Assembly: GCA_963747125.1 (NCBI GenBank)
Contig: CAVVEN010000007.1
Location: 16,287-80,286, forward strand
DNA length: 64,000 nt
Source of the DNA: an uncultured Actinomycetes bacterium
GTDB lineage: Bacteria; Actinomycetota; Thermoleophilia; Gaiellales; Gaiellaceae
Reading direction: 5' to 3'
Every line of letters starts with the position of its first letter. Position 1 is the first letter of the stretch. The translations under genes were made by a program, and so were the position numbers. The notes under the pieces were generated by a model that did no database searches, was not told the DNA's origin, and saw only the letters and a program-made list of their open reading frames with translations. Shown one piece after another: positions 37,574-48,127 of the stretch.

Positions 37574-38867
37574 CGTTCCCGTAGCCCTCCTGGGCTACGG
37601 GACGGTGGGCGCCGCCGTCCACCGCCTGCTCGCGGAGCAGGGCGACGAGATCGAGCGCGCGACCGGCCATCGACTTCGGGTCGTCCGGGCGCTCGTCCGC
37701 GACACGTCGCGCGAGCGGGGCTTCGACCCCGGCCCCGAGGTGCTGACGACCGACGTCGGGGAGATCGTCGACGACCCCTCGATCCGGCTCGTCGCCGAGG
37801 TGATGGGCGGGGTCGCGCCGGCGGGCGACCACGTCCTCGCGTTGCTCCGGTCGGGTCGCTCGGTGGTCACCGCGAACAAGCAGCTCGTCGCGCGGCAGGG
37901 CGTCGAGCTCTTCGCGGCAGCCGCGGCGGGCGGGGCGCAACTGCGCTTCGAGGCGTCCGTGTGCGCAGCGATCCCGGTGATCAAGGTGCTGCGCGAGTCG
38001 CTCGTCGTGACGAACGTCCATCGCGTCCTCGGGATCGTCAACGGGACGACGAACTTCATGCTCTCGGCGATGAGCGAGGGCCAGTCGTACGCCGAGGCGC
38101 TCGCGGAGGCGCAGCGGCTCGGCTACGCCGAGGCCGACCCGTCGGACGACGTCGGCGGGCTCGACGCCGCCGCCAAGATGGCGATCCTCGCCACGGTGGC
38201 GTTTGGCTCGCGCGTCCCGCTCGACTGGGTCGAGGTACAGGGGATCGAGGCGCTCCGCGAGGAGCATGTCGAGGCCGCCCGCGCGCTCGACATGCGCGTG
38301 AAGCTCCTCGGGCGCGCAACCCTCGCGCACGACCGCGTGGACGTCCGCGTCGGCCCGGCGTTCGTCGACGCCCACCACCCGCTCGCCGCCGTCGACGGCC
38401 CCTTCAACGCGGTGATGCTCCAGGGCGACGCGATTCGCGAGATCACGCTCGAAGGCCCCGGCGCAGGCGGGATCGAGACGGCGAGCGCGGTCGTGGCCGA
38501 CCTCGTCTCCATCGTCGGGACGACCGGGACCGGCTTCCTGCAGGGCGACCCGGTGTGGCGGCAGGTCGAGCGCATGGCGCCCGGCGAGCTGCCGTCGCTT
38601 TGGTACCTGCGCCTGGTCGTGGAGGACCGCGCCGGGGTGCTCGCACGGCTCGCGCAGGAGCTCTCGGTGGAGGGCGTCTCCGTCGCGCGGCTCGTCCAGC
38701 AACCGGCGAACGGCCATGCGGTGCTCCACGTCGTGACGCACGAGGCGCCCGCGGGCAGGGTCGAGGCGGCGCTCGCGTCGATCCGCGCGCTCCCAGAGTC
38801 GCGCGGCGAGGCGACGGCCGTTCCGGTCGTCTCCGAGCGCGGCGTCGAGGAGCTCGGCTGGGCATGA
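37560..38867 (+). CDS. hom: Homoserine dehydrogenase with C-terminal ACT domain
   Basis: [37 protein letters not shown]. Confidence 0.93.
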   Translation: MQSVDVPVALLGYGTVGAAVHRLLAEQGDEIERATGHRLRVVRALVRDTSRERGFDPGPEVLTTDVGEIVDDPSIRLVAEVMGGVAPAGDHVLALLRSGRSVVTANKQLVARQGVELFAAAAAGGAQLRFEASVCAAIPVIKVLRESLVVTNVHRVLGIVNGTTNFMLSAMSEGQSYAEALAEAQRLGYAEADPSDDVGGLDAAAKMAILATVAFGSRVPLDWVEVQGIEALREEHVEAARALDMRVKLLGRATLAHDRVDVRVGPAFVDAHHPLAAVDGPFNAVMLQGDAIREITLEGPGAGGIETASAVVADLVSIVGTTGTGFLQGDPVWRQVERMAPGELPSLWYLRLVVEDRAGVLARLAQELSVEGVSVARLVQQPANGHAVLHVVTHEAPAGRVEAALASIRALPESRGEATAVPVVSERGVEELGWA

Positions 38868-39877
38868 CGATTCCGGCTGCGCCGGAATCGTCTAGAAGTG
38901 CAGGTATGACGTTGCCCCTGATCGAGCGGTTCCGCGACCGGCTGCCCATCACCGCGGCGACGCCGGTGGTGACTCTGGGCGAGGGGTCGACACCCTTGCT
39001 GCGTGCGGACCGTCTCGCGGGTTCCGCAGGAATCCGCGAGCTGTGGCTCAAGTGGGAGGCCTCGAACCCGACCGGCTCGTACAAGGATCGCGGGATGACG
39101 GTCGCCGTCTCGAAGGCGCTCGAGGACGGGGCCGAGGCGGTGCTCTGCGCGTCGACCGGGAATACGGCCGGGAGCGCCGCGGCGTACGCCGCGCGCGCCG
39201 GCCTGCCCGCGGTCGTCCTCACCCCGCAGGGTGCCGTCGCCGGGGCGAAGCTCGCACAGACGCGCATGCTCGGGGCGACCGTGCTCGAGGTGCGCGGCGA
39301 CTTCGACCAGGCGCTCGCCGCGGCGCAGGAGCTCGCGGCACGAGGCACGCACGTGCTCGTCAACTCTCTCAACCCGAACCGGCGCGAGGGGCAGAAGACG
39401 GCCGTGCTCGAGATCGTGGAGGAGCTCGGCGGCGCCCCGGACGCGTTCGTGCTCCCCTACGGCGGCGGCGGGAACACGTCGTCGTACGCGCAGGGACTGC
39501 GCGAGCTCGGGGTCGATGCGCCGATCGTCTCGGTGGAGGCCCGGCTGCGCCGCGAGACGCTCGCGACCGCGATCCGCATCGGCGACCCGGTGCACGCCGG
39601 GGCCGTCGCAGACTCGGGCGCGCGCGTGGTCGCAGTTGACGACGACGAGCTCGTCTCGGCCTGGCGCAGGCTCGCCGCGGAGGAAGGGCTCTTCTGCGAG
39701 CCCTCGTCGGCGGCGGGGCTCGCGGCCGTGCTCCGCGGGGACGTCGAGGGCGAGCGCCTCGTGGTCACGATCACCGGTCACGGGCTCAAGGACCCGGCGA
39801 TCGCCGACCGGCTCGCCCCGCCGCCGATCGAGGTCGAGCCTGATCCCGACGCGATCGCCGCCGCGGCACGGCGATGA
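38864..39877 (+). CDS. thrC: Threonine synthase (alternative start 38906)
   Basis: LGEGSTP, NPTGSYKDRG, CASTGNT, EGQKT, TGHGLKD. Confidence 0.93.
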   Translation: MTIPAAPESSRSAGMTLPLIERFRDRLPITAATPVVTLGEGSTPLLRADRLAGSAGIRELWLKWEASNPTGSYKDRGMTVAVSKALEDGAEAVLCASTGNTAGSAAAYAARAGLPAVVLTPQGAVAGAKLAQTRMLGATVLEVRGDFDQALAAAQELAARGTHVLVNSLNPNRREGQKTAVLEIVEELGGAPDAFVLPYGGGGNTSSYAQGLRELGVDAPIVSVEARLRRETLATAIRIGDPVHAGAVADSGARVVAVDDDELVSAWRRLAAEEGLFCEPSSAAGLAAVLRGDVEGERLVVTITGHGLKDPAIADRLAPPPIEVEPDPDAIAAAARR

Positions 39878-40686
39878 TCGTCCGCGCACCGGCCACTTCG
39901 GCGAACGTCGGACCTGCGTTCGACTGCGCGGCGGTCGCGCTCGACCTGTGGAACGAGCTCGAGCTGACGGACGGCGAAGGCGTCTCCGTCGAGGGCGAGG
40001 GAGCGGGAGAGCTCGCCGAGGACGAGACGAACCTCTCGGTCAGGGCGTACTCCCTCCTCGCCGACCCGGCCGGCAAGCGGTTCCGCTTCGTGAACCGGGT
40101 CCCTCTCGAGCGAGGGCTCGGCTCGTCGGCCGCGGCAATCGCGCTCGGGCTCGCCGCGGCGCGCCCCGACGGAGACCCGGAGGAGCTCCTGGCCGCCGGC
40201 CTGACGCTCGAGAGCCACGCAGACAACCTCGCAGCCGCGCTCGTCGGTGGGGTCACGCTCACCTGGGAGGGCCGCATCGCTCGGATCGCCGACGTGCTCC
40301 CTCTGACGCCGGTCGCGCTCGTACCACGCGACCGGACGTCCACCGAGACGTCGCGCCGCTCGCTCCCCGCCGCGGTCCCCCACGCCGACGCCGCGGCGAA
40401 TGCTGGACGGGCGGCGCTTCTCGCCGCCGGCACCGTCACCGGCGACGCTGACCTCTTTGCGGCGGCGCTCGACGACCGGCTGCACGAGCCCTACCGACCT
40501 TCGCCGGCGCTCGAGGAGATCAGAGCCGAGCTACCGCCCGGCGCCCGCGGCGCGACGCTCTCCGGATCCGGCCCGACCGTGATCGTCTGGGCAGACGACG
40601 CGTCCGCCTGCGCGGCCGACCTAGCGGGTCGATTCCCGCACCACGACGTGCGAGTGCTCGCGGTCTCTCCGAGAGGGGCGCTGTGA
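39874..40686 (+). CDS. thrB: Homoserine kinase
   Basis: PATSANVGPAFD, RGLGSSAAA, HADN, SGSGPT. Confidence 0.93.
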   Translation: MIVRAPATSANVGPAFDCAAVALDLWNELELTDGEGVSVEGEGAGELAEDETNLSVRAYSLLADPAGKRFRFVNRVPLERGLGSSAAAIALGLAAARPDGDPEELLAAGLTLESHADNLAAALVGGVTLTWEGRIARIADVLPLTPVALVPRDRTSTETSRRSLPAAVPHADAAANAGRAALLAAGTVTGDADLFAAALDDRLHEPYRPSPALEEIRAELPPGARGATLSGSGPTVIVWADDASACAADLAGRFPHHDVRVLAVSPRGAL

Positions 40687-41393
40687 GCCTTCGCCTCGTC
40701 GACTGCCGGCCCCGCGCCGCATACGAGGCCGGTCACCTCCCCGGAGCCGTCCACCTCGACCCGGAGACGCAGCTCTCGACGCCGACGGAGGACCCGTCCG
40801 TCGGCGGACGGCATCCGCTCCCCGATCCGCACGCGCTCGGCGTCGTGCTCTCGGCTGCCGGGATCGGTCCGGACACGTTCGTCCTGGCGCTCGACGAGGG
40901 CACCGGCTGGGCGGCGCGCTGCTGGTGGCTGCTCCGGCATCTCGGCCACGACGCCGCCGGGACGCTCGACGTCCGTGCCTACGCGGGCCCGCTCGAGACG
41001 GACGCGCCGCGGGTCGACCGGGCGGCGTTCGTGCCGCACGTCCGCGACGACGACACGATCGACGGCGACGAGATCCGCGAGCGCCTGGGCGACCTCTCGC
41101 TCGTCCTCTTCGACACGCGCTCACCGGAGCGCTGGCGCGGCGACGTCGAGCCGCTCGACCCCGTCGCAGGACGGATCCCGGGCGCCAGGAACGCGTTCTT
41201 CGAGGAGCCATTGCCGGCGGACGCGACCGAGCCGCCGGAGATCGCCGTCTACTGCGGCTCGGGCGTGAGCGCCGCCCCCGTCGTCCAGCGGCTCGTGCTC
41301 GCGGGGCGCGCGGACGTCAGGCTGTACCCCGGTTCCTTCAGCGAGTGGTGCCGTGACCCGTCCAACCCGATCGAGCGAGGAGATCCCCCGTGA
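40683..41393 (+). CDS. Two-domain rhodanese / sulfurtransferase
   Basis: [36 protein letters not shown]. Confidence 0.9.
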   Translation: MSLRLVDCRPRAAYEAGHLPGAVHLDPETQLSTPTEDPSVGGRHPLPDPHALGVVLSAAGIGPDTFVLALDEGTGWAARCWWLLRHLGHDAAGTLDVRAYAGPLETDAPRVDRAAFVPHVRDDDTIDGDEIRERLGDLSLVLFDTRSPERWRGDVEPLDPVAGRIPGARNAFFEEPLPADATEPPEIAVYCGSGVSAAPVVQRLVLAGRADVRLYPGSFSEWCRDPSNPIERGDPP

Positions 41394-43102
41394 CCACTCC
41401 GTACGACACCCCATCCGATCCCGCCAAGCGCCACAGCGCAGCGATGACCGACGGCCCCGACCGCGCGGGCGCCCGCGCGATGCTGAAGGGAACGGGCTTC
41501 ACGGACGAGGATCTCGCGAAGCCGATCGTCGGCGTCGGCACGACGTGGATCGAGACGATGCCGTGCAATCTCAACCAGCGCGATCTCGCCGTGCACGTCA
41601 AGCGCGGCGTCCGCGACGCCGGCGGCACGCCGATGGAGTTCAACACGATCGCCGTGTCGGACGGCGTCTCGATGGGGACGTCGGGCATGCGCGCATCGCT
41701 GATCTCGCGGGAGGTGATCGCCGACTCGATCGAGCTCGTCGCGCGCGGCCACCTGTTCGACGGGCTCGTGATGCTCGTCGCCTGCGACAAGACGAACCCC
41801 GGCGCGGCGATGGCGGTGGGGCGGCTCGACATCCCCGCCGTCGTCTCGTACACCGGGTCGATCGCGCCGGGTGTCTACCGCCAGCGCGAGGTCTCGGTCG
41901 CTGACGTCTACGAGGGCATCGGCGCCCACGCGGCGGGGAGGCTCAGCGACGCCGACCTGCACGAGCTCGAGTCGGTGGCGTGCCCCGGCGCCGGAGCGTG
42001 CGGCGGCCAGTTCACGGCCAACACGATGTCGACGATCCTCGACTTCCTCGGCCTCTCCCCGTTCGGCACGAACGGCATCCCCGCGATGCACCGCGCGAAG
42101 GAGGAGGCGGCGTACGAGCTGGGCCGGCTCGCCGTCCGCCTCGTGCGGGAGAACGTGACGCCAAGGTCGCTCGTCACGAGGGAGTCCTTCGAAAACGCCG
42201 TCGCGTCGGTCGCGGCGACCGGAGGGTCGACCAACGCCGTGCTCCATCTCGTCGCGATCGCCAGGGACTTCGGGATCGACTTCACGATCGACGACTTCGA
42301 GCGCATCTCGGCGCGGACCCCGATCATCGCGGACATGAAGCCCTGGGGCCGCTGGCACGCGAACGACATGTACGCGGCCGGCGGTGTCGCGCTCGTGGCG
42401 CGCGAGCTCCGCAAGGCCGGGCTCCTGCACGACGATGCGCGCACCGTCGACGGCGGCACGCTGAGCGAGCATGCTGATGCGGCGGTCGAGACGGACGGCC
42501 AGACGGTCGTCGTCCCGATCGAGGCGCCGCTCAAGGCACGGGGCGGCGTGGCGGTGCTGTACGGGAACCTCGCCCCTGAGGGGTGCGCGGTGAAGCTCGC
42601 CGGCCACGACCGGACGGTCCATCGCGGGCCCGCGCGGGTGTTCGACTCCGAGGAGGAGTGCTTCGCGGCGGTCAAGGCGGGAGCGGTCGTGGCGGGTGAC
42701 GTCGTCGTGATCCGCTACGAGGGGCCGCACGGCGGGCCGGGGATGCGCGAGATGCTGCACGTCACCGGCGCGATCGTCGGGGAGGGACTGTCGGACTCGG
42801 TCGCCCTCATCACGGACGGCCGGTTCTCCGGCGCGACCCACGGGTTCATGGTCGGCCACGTCGCGCCCGAGGCCTCGAAGGGCGGTCCGCTGGCCGCGCT
42901 CCGCGAGGGCGACACGGTCGTGATCGACGTCGATCGCCACGTGCTCGAGGTCGAGCTCGACGCGGATGAGCTCGACGCGCGGCTCGCGGACTGGACCGAG
43001 CCCGAGCCGCGCCATCGCCGCGGCGCGCTCGCGAACTACGCGACCCTCGTGTCCTCGGCCTCGAAGGGAGCGGTGACGCTCTCGCGCTACGAGAGCGCCT
43101 GA
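41390..43102 (+). CDS. ilvD: Dihydroxy-acid dehydratase
   Basis: [46 protein letters not shown]. Confidence 0.95.
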   Translation: MTTPYDTPSDPAKRHSAAMTDGPDRAGARAMLKGTGFTDEDLAKPIVGVGTTWIETMPCNLNQRDLAVHVKRGVRDAGGTPMEFNTIAVSDGVSMGTSGMRASLISREVIADSIELVARGHLFDGLVMLVACDKTNPGAAMAVGRLDIPAVVSYTGSIAPGVYRQREVSVADVYEGIGAHAAGRLSDADLHELESVACPGAGACGGQFTANTMSTILDFLGLSPFGTNGIPAMHRAKEEAAYELGRLAVRLVRENVTPRSLVTRESFENAVASVAATGGSTNAVLHLVAIARDFGIDFTIDDFERISARTPIIADMKPWGRWHANDMYAAGGVALVARELRKAGLLHDDARTVDGGTLSEHADAAVETDGQTVVVPIEAPLKARGGVAVLYGNLAPEGCAVKLAGHDRTVHRGPARVFDSEEECFAAVKAGAVVAGDVVVIRYEGPHGGPGMREMLHVTGAIVGEGLSDSVALITDGRFSGATHGFMVGHVAPEASKGGPLAALREGDTVVIDVDRHVLEVELDADELDARLADWTEPEPRHRRGALANYATLVSSASKGAVTLSRYESA

Positions 43103-43142
43103 CCCGCCCGGGCCGCCCGAAGGCGACGGCGACAAGGGTGAC

Positions 43143-43853
43143 TCAGAGCCGCCGGAGGAGCTCGAGCATGCCCGCGGTGCCGTCCACGATCACGTCCGCC
43201 TCCTCGAGGAGCTCCGGCGGCGCCTCCGGCGAGGAAACCGCCACGCGGACCGCGAGCTCGAGCCCGTCCAGTCCGCGAAACGCGTCGACGTCAGTCCGGT
43301 CGTCCCCGGCATAGAGGGCGCGCCGGGCGCCGGCCCGCGCGACGAGCGTCCGCACCGCGGTGCCCTTGTGCGCCTCGACCGGCGGCCGCACCTCGAGCAC
43401 CATGCGCCCCCAGCGCGGGACGAAGCCCTCGGCCTCCGCCGACCGGGCGACGCGGGTCAGGTATGCCCGCGCTGCGTCCTCGTCGTCGGCGCGCCTGAAG
43501 TGGAAGGAGACCGACAGCGGCTTCTGCTCGGCGGGCCAGTCCACGCCGCGCGCGAAATCGGAGATCCGCGAGGCCCACGCTGCGGCCTCCGGCTCGAGCT
43601 CGAGCCCGTGCTCACCGACGACGGCGACCCCGGCCACGCCGATCATGCGCCGCACCTCCTCCCCCGGACGCCCGCTCACGCACGCCACCAGGGCGTAGCG
43701 GCCCGCGAGCCTGGCCAGCTCCTCCCGCGTTTCGTCCGGCACGCAGGCGTCCTCCGGCCGGTCGACGATCGGCGCCAGCGTGCCGTCGACGTCGAGCAGG
43801 ACAGCCGCCCCAGCAGGATCGGCCGCGAAGAGGCGTAGCGCGTCGTCGGCCAT
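43143..43853 (-). CDS. otsB: Trehalose-6-phosphate phosphatase
   Basis: LDVDGTLAPI, VSGR, GEHG, LEVRP..HKG, GDDRTD. Confidence 0.9.
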   Translation of the reverse strand: MADDALRLFAADPAGAAVLLDVDGTLAPIVDRPEDACVPDETREELARLAGRYALVACVSGRPGEEVRRMIGVAGVAVVGEHGLELEPEAAAWASRISDFARGVDWPAEQKPLSVSFHFRRADDEDAARAYLTRVARSAEAEGFVPRWGRMVLEVRPPVEAHKGTAVRTLVARAGARRALYAGDDRTDVDAFRGLDGLELAVRVAVSSPEAPPELLEEADVIVDGTAGMLELLRRL

Positions 43854-43895
43854 CCGCGACCCAGGATACGAGCGATGCGCTCCGAACGGCTTCCC

Positions 43896-44246
43896 ATGAC
43901 CGCTCGACTCGTCTCGATCGGCCTCGTCGCAGGCGTGTTCTCGGCGCTCTTCGGCGTCGGCGGCGGGATCGTCGTCGTGCCGCTCCTGGTCGCGCTGGTC
44001 GCGTTCCCGCCGCACGCCGCAGCCGCGACCTCGCTCGGGGCCATCCTCGTCACCGCCACCGCCGGCGTCGCGCTCTACGCGGTCCACGGCGAGGTTCGCC
44101 CTGCGTACGCCGTGCTCGTCGGCATCCCGGCGGTCGTCGGCGCGCTTGCCGGCACGCACCTCCAGCAGCGCCTCTCCGGGCAGGCGCTCACGCTCGCGTT
44201 CACGGGCCTGCTCGCCGTGATCGGGATCTGGCTGCTCGCGGGATGA
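43896..44246 (+). CDS. Half-size TauE/SafE sulfite exporter (1)
   Basis: SALFGVGGGIVVVP, AATSL; four TM segments. Confidence 0.8.
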   Translation: MTARLVSIGLVAGVFSALFGVGGGIVVVPLLVALVAFPPHAAAATSLGAILVTATAGVALYAVHGEVRPAYAVLVGIPAVVGALAGTHLQQRLSGQALTLAFTGLLAVIGIWLLAG

Positions 44247-44638
44247 CCGCCTGGACGATCGTGGCGGCGCTCTGCCTCGGCCTGAGCGCCGGGGTCCTGT
44301 CCGGCGTCTTCGGCGTCGGCGGCGGGATCCTGTTCGTGCCGACGCTCCTGCTCCTCGGCCTGGGCCAGGTCGAGGCGGCGGCGACGTCGCTGCTCGCGAT
44401 CGTGCCGACGGCCTCGGTCGGCGTCTGGCGCCAGCGCGCCTACGGCAACCTGCGCGCTCGCGCGGCGCTCGTCGTGGGGGTCGCATCGGTCGCAGGGGCG
44501 GTGATCGGCGTGCAGATCGCGACACGGATCGACGAGAGCCTCCTGCGGCGCCTCTTCGGCGCCCTGCTTCTTGCCGTGGCCGCGCAGCTCGCCGTCCGGG
44601 CCATCCGCCACGGCCGGCGCTACCCTGACGGGTCGTGA
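44243..44638 (+). CDS. Half-size TauE/SafE sulfite exporter (2)
   Basis: SGVFGVGGGILFVP, AATSL; four TM segments; ATGA coupling. Confidence 0.8.
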   Translation: MTAWTIVAALCLGLSAGVLSGVFGVGGGILFVPTLLLLGLGQVEAAATSLLAIVPTASVGVWRQRAYGNLRARAALVVGVASVAGAVIGVQIATRIDESLLRRLFGALLLAVAAQLAVRAIRHGRRYPDGS

Positions 44639-46110
44639 GGGCCGCCCGCGCAGCAGTCGTGCTCGTGCTCGCCGCGGCCGCCGTCGGCGTCGCCGCGGCG
44701 GCGTCCTCCCCGCAGGCCGACACCCAGACGCGCGCATCCGTGCTCGTCGCGCAGGTGACGGTGCCCGGACAGGCGGGCGGCGCGACGAGCGAGGTCGCGG
44801 CGCCTCCGACGGCGAGCGGCGGCGGGGCATTCGCCTATCCGGCCGACGGATCGGTCCTCCGCGTCGGCACGTCGACCGTCACGGCGACGGCGCAGCAAGG
44901 CACATCGTCCTCCGCCGAGGGCGTGATCACCGCGCTCGCCATCTCCGTCTTCGGCGGCGAGGTGACCGTCGACCAGATGAACATCCGTGCGGGCGCGGCC
45001 GCCGGTTCGGCCGGCGCCACCGGCGACGTCGGGACGTCCACGATCAGCGGCCTCGTCGTGCTCGGCCAGTCCGTCACGCCGAGCGGCAACGTGCAGCTGC
45101 CGCTCGCGGACTGGGGCACGCTCGACGTGCTCTCGTCCACCCGCTCCACCTCCGATGAGCCGCGCTCGGCAGAGAGCGCGGTCACCGGGCTCCGCATCAG
45201 GCTGATCTCCGAGCATGCCGGTCTGCCCGCCGGGACGCAGATGATCGTGGGCGTCGCGACCGCGCGCGCCGTCGCCCAGGCTGCACCGACGACGACGCCG
45301 CCGGCGAACGTCGACGCCGCGCCCCGCGCGGCCCAGGTTCCATCCACCCGTCCGAGCCCTCCCCGCACGCCGGTACGTCCCCCAGCCTCGGCGCCGCGTG
45401 AGCCCGGCCGCTCGATCCCCGGAGCCCCGCCCGAGGTGGTCCAGGCCGCCCCGGAGGTGACCGCCCGCCTCTCGAGCGGCGGCTACGTGTTCCCGGTCTT
45501 CGGCCCTGCCGCGTTCGGCAACACCTTCGGCGCCTACCGGGGCGACGTGGCTGGGAAGTGGCACCACGGCGAGGACCTCGTCGCGCCGTTCGGCACGCCG
45601 CTTCTCGCCGTCGCCGACGGAACCCTGTTCTCCGTCGGCTGGAACGACATCGGCGGCTGGCGGCTGTGGCTGCGCGACGACGCGGGCAACGAGTTCTACT
45701 ACGCCCACCTGAGCGCCTACTCGCCGCTCGCGATCGCGGGGAAGCGCGTCAAGGCAGGCGACGTGCTCGGCTTCGTGGGCACGTCGGGGGACGCCGACGG
45801 CGGGGTTCCCCATCTTCACTTCGAGATCCACCCCGTCGATCTCCTCCGCTATGGCTACGACGGGGCTGTGGCGCCCTACCCGTTCCTCGTTGCATGGCAG
45901 CGCGCGGAGGACGTGTCCTTCGCCTCCGGCCAGACGTACGTCCTCGGCCAGGACGGGCTCGCCGGCCCGCCGGGAGCGCCTGTCGCCGCGGCGCAGGCGG
46001 GCGCGGTGCTGCTGTCCGCGGACGACATCTCCACGGAGAGCGGGCTCGTGCCGGGGGCGCTGAAGCGGGCGCTCGCCGGCAGCGAGGCCCGCTCCCGCGC
46101 AAAGCCCTAG
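44635..46110 (+). CDS. Secreted M23 metallopeptidase with beta-rich N-terminal domain
   Basis: Signal peptide, Pro-rich linker, HHGED, YYAHL, PHLHFEI. Confidence 0.88.
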   Translation: MRAARAAVVLVLAAAAVGVAAAASSPQADTQTRASVLVAQVTVPGQAGGATSEVAAPPTASGGGAFAYPADGSVLRVGTSTVTATAQQGTSSSAEGVITALAISVFGGEVTVDQMNIRAGAAAGSAGATGDVGTSTISGLVVLGQSVTPSGNVQLPLADWGTLDVLSSTRSTSDEPRSAESAVTGLRIRLISEHAGLPAGTQMIVGVATARAVAQAAPTTTPPANVDAAPRAAQVPSTRPSPPRTPVRPPASAPREPGRSIPGAPPEVVQAAPEVTARLSSGGYVFPVFGPAAFGNTFGAYRGDVAGKWHHGEDLVAPFGTPLLAVADGTLFSVGWNDIGGWRLWLRDDAGNEFYYAHLSAYSPLAIAGKRVKAGDVLGFVGTSGDADGGVPHLHFEIHPVDLLRYGYDGAVAPYPFLVAWQRAEDVSFASGQTYVLGQDGLAGPPGAPVAAAQAGAVLLSADDISTESGLVPGALKRALAGSEARSRAKP

Positions 46111-46638
46111 CTAGCTCGTTGCCTTCGAGACCTTCTCCTTGACGTCCTTCGCGGTGTCCGCCGCGGAGTCGACGGCCTCGTCGACCGCGTCCGAGGCGGC
46201 CGACGCTGCGTCGCTCGCCATCGTGTCGAACGTCTCGAGCGGCTGGAGGTCGTCGCTGCCGGCGATCATGTCGAGCAGCTTCTCCCGCGTCTGGGCACCC
46301 GTCCACGGGTTGTAGAGCGCGCCCGCGACGACCCCCGCGAGCAGCACCATGTTGCGGCCCTTGTGGCCCTTCTTCTTCTTCCCCTGGAGCGTGTCCTTTG
46401 CGCTCATGAGGTCTTCGAGCGCCCGGCGCATCTGGTCTTGGGCCTTCTTGTCGGTCGCGAGCGCGCGGGCCGAGGCGCCGACGCCGTTCTTCTGCTTCGC
46501 GAGCGGGCCGTACAGCTCCCGCGCCGCGCCGAGCGCGTCCTTGAGGTCGTTCCGAAACTCTTCGTCACGGAGCGCCCGCTCGAGGTACGGCTTTACCAGC
46601 TCGAGCGTGTCTCCCATCTTTGCCGCCTTCTTCGCCAT
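46111..46638 (-). CDS. Hypothetical protein (YtxH-like C-terminal segment)
   Basis: Clear SD; Lys-rich helices; hydrophobic stretch then NPWTGAQTREKL. Confidence 0.7.
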   Translation of the reverse strand: MAKKAAKMGDTLELVKPYLERALRDEEFRNDLKDALGAARELYGPLAKQKNGVGASARALATDKKAQDQMRRALEDLMSAKDTLQGKKKKGHKGRNMVLLAGVVAGALYNPWTGAQTREKLLDMIAGSDDLQPLETFDTMASDAASAASDAVDEAVDSAADTAKDVKEKVSKATS

Positions 46639-46700
46639 TGTGCGGCCTTCCTTTCTCTCGTGAGGCGTTCCGGAAGTATTACCCGCGGTGGGCTTCTACG

Positions 46701-46847
46701 ATGCACGACATGTCGACGCTTCGACGGATCGGGCTCGCGCTCGGCGCGATCGTGGGCGTGCTCGTGTACGTCTGGGTCGCGGCGGTACGGGCCGTGCCCG
46801 GCGTCCGGCGCCGCAAGGATGAGGCCCGTGCCCCGCGTCATGCTTGA
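46701..46847 (+). CDS. Small single-TM protein
   Basis: MHDMSTLRRIGLALGAIVGVLVYVWVAAVRAVPGVRRRK... Confidence 0.5.
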   Translation: MHDMSTLRRIGLALGAIVGVLVYVWVAAVRAVPGVRRRKDEARAPRHA

Positions 46848-46886
46848 GACGACCCCCGCGCGTCGCGCCCAGTACGATCGCCGGTC

Positions 46887-47660
46887 ATGAAGGGCCTCGT
46901 CTGCGCAGGCGGTGAGGCGACCCGCCTCGGTGAGCTCACGCGGGTCGCAAACAAGCACCTGCTCCCGGTCGGCCGCTGGCCGATGATCTACTACCCGCTT
47001 CAGCTCCTCGAGCGAGCCGGGATCGAGAGCGTCCTCGTCGTCACGGGGAAAGGGCACGGCGGGCAGATGATCGACCTACTCGGTGACGGCCGGCTCACCG
47101 CGCGCGGATCGGACGACCCCCTCCTCTCCCTGGACATCACGTACAAGGTGCAGACCGAGCCGGGCGGGATCGCGCAGGTGGTCGGCATGGCACGGGACTT
47201 CGCGCGCGGCGAGAAGCTCGTCGTCGTCCTGGGAGACAACATCTTCGAGCGCTCGCAGGCTGCGGCGATCGCCTCGTGGGCGAACGGAGACGACCGGGCG
47301 CTGATCTTCGTGAAGGACGTGCCCGACCCGGAGAACTTCGGCGTCGTGGTCTACGACGAGGGCCGGGTCGTCGACATCGTCGAGAAGGCCGGGGTGGTCG
47401 ACATGCGCTACCCGGCCCCTCCGACCAACGACGCGGTCGTCGGTCTCTACTGCTTCCCTCCCGACGTGTTCGAGGTGATCGACCGCCTCGAGCCGTCGTC
47501 GCGCGGCGAGCTCGAGGTCACGGACGTGAACCGCCACTACGCGGAGGCAGGACGGCTCGAGGTCGTCCACGTCGAGGGATGGTGGGAGGACGCGGGCAAG
47601 CACTGGCTGCACCTCGCGGAGATCGGCAGGCTCGTCGACGAGACGGGGGCGAACGGGTGA
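46887..47660 (+). CDS. rmlA: Glucose-1-phosphate thymidylyltransferase-like
   Basis: AGGEATRL, NKHLLPV, LGDN, RGELEVTD. Confidence 0.85.
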   Translation: MKGLVCAGGEATRLGELTRVANKHLLPVGRWPMIYYPLQLLERAGIESVLVVTGKGHGGQMIDLLGDGRLTARGSDDPLLSLDITYKVQTEPGGIAQVVGMARDFARGEKLVVVLGDNIFERSQAAAIASWANGDDRALIFVKDVPDPENFGVVVYDEGRVVDIVEKAGVVDMRYPAPPTNDAVVGLYCFPPDVFEVIDRLEPSSRGELEVTDVNRHYAEAGRLEVVHVEGWWEDAGKHWLHLAEIGRLVDETGANG

Positions 47661-48127
47661 GCGGCAGCGTCGACGGCGTGCTGCGCATCCCGCTGCGCCG
47701 CTTCGAGGACGAGCGCGGCTGGTTCTGCGAGCTCCGCCGCGACAGCGCCTTGCCCCGGCCCACGGCCCAGACGAACGTCTCGTTCTCGCGCAAGGGCGTG
47801 ATCCGCGGGCTGCACTACCACGAGCGCGGGCAGGACGATCTCTTCGTCTGCCTGCAAGGCGCGGCGCGGGTCGTCGTGCTCGACCGCGAGACCGGCGCCG
47901 CGTTCAGCGAGGACATCGGCGACGACAACCCCGTCGCGATCTACGTTCCCGGCCACAAGGCGCATGGCTTCGAGGCGCTCACCGATCTCCTGTTCTGCTA
48001 CCACGTGACCGAGGAGTACGACCCGGACGACCCGGACGAGCACGGCGTCCCGTGGAACGACCCGCGGGTCGCGCATCTGTGGAGCACGACGACCCCGATT
48101 CTCTCAGAGCGCGACGTCGCACCCTGA
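47657..48127 (+). CDS. rmlC: dTDP-4-dehydrorhamnose 3,5-epimerase
   Basis: DERGWF, GVIRGLHYH, AHGF, WNDP. Confidence 0.9.
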   Translation: MSGSVDGVLRIPLRRFEDERGWFCELRRDSALPRPTAQTNVSFSRKGVIRGLHYHERGQDDLFVCLQGAARVVVLDRETGAAFSEDIGDDNPVAIYVPGHKAHGFEALTDLLFCYHVTEEYDPDDPDEHGVPWNDPRVAHLWSTTTPILSERDVAP

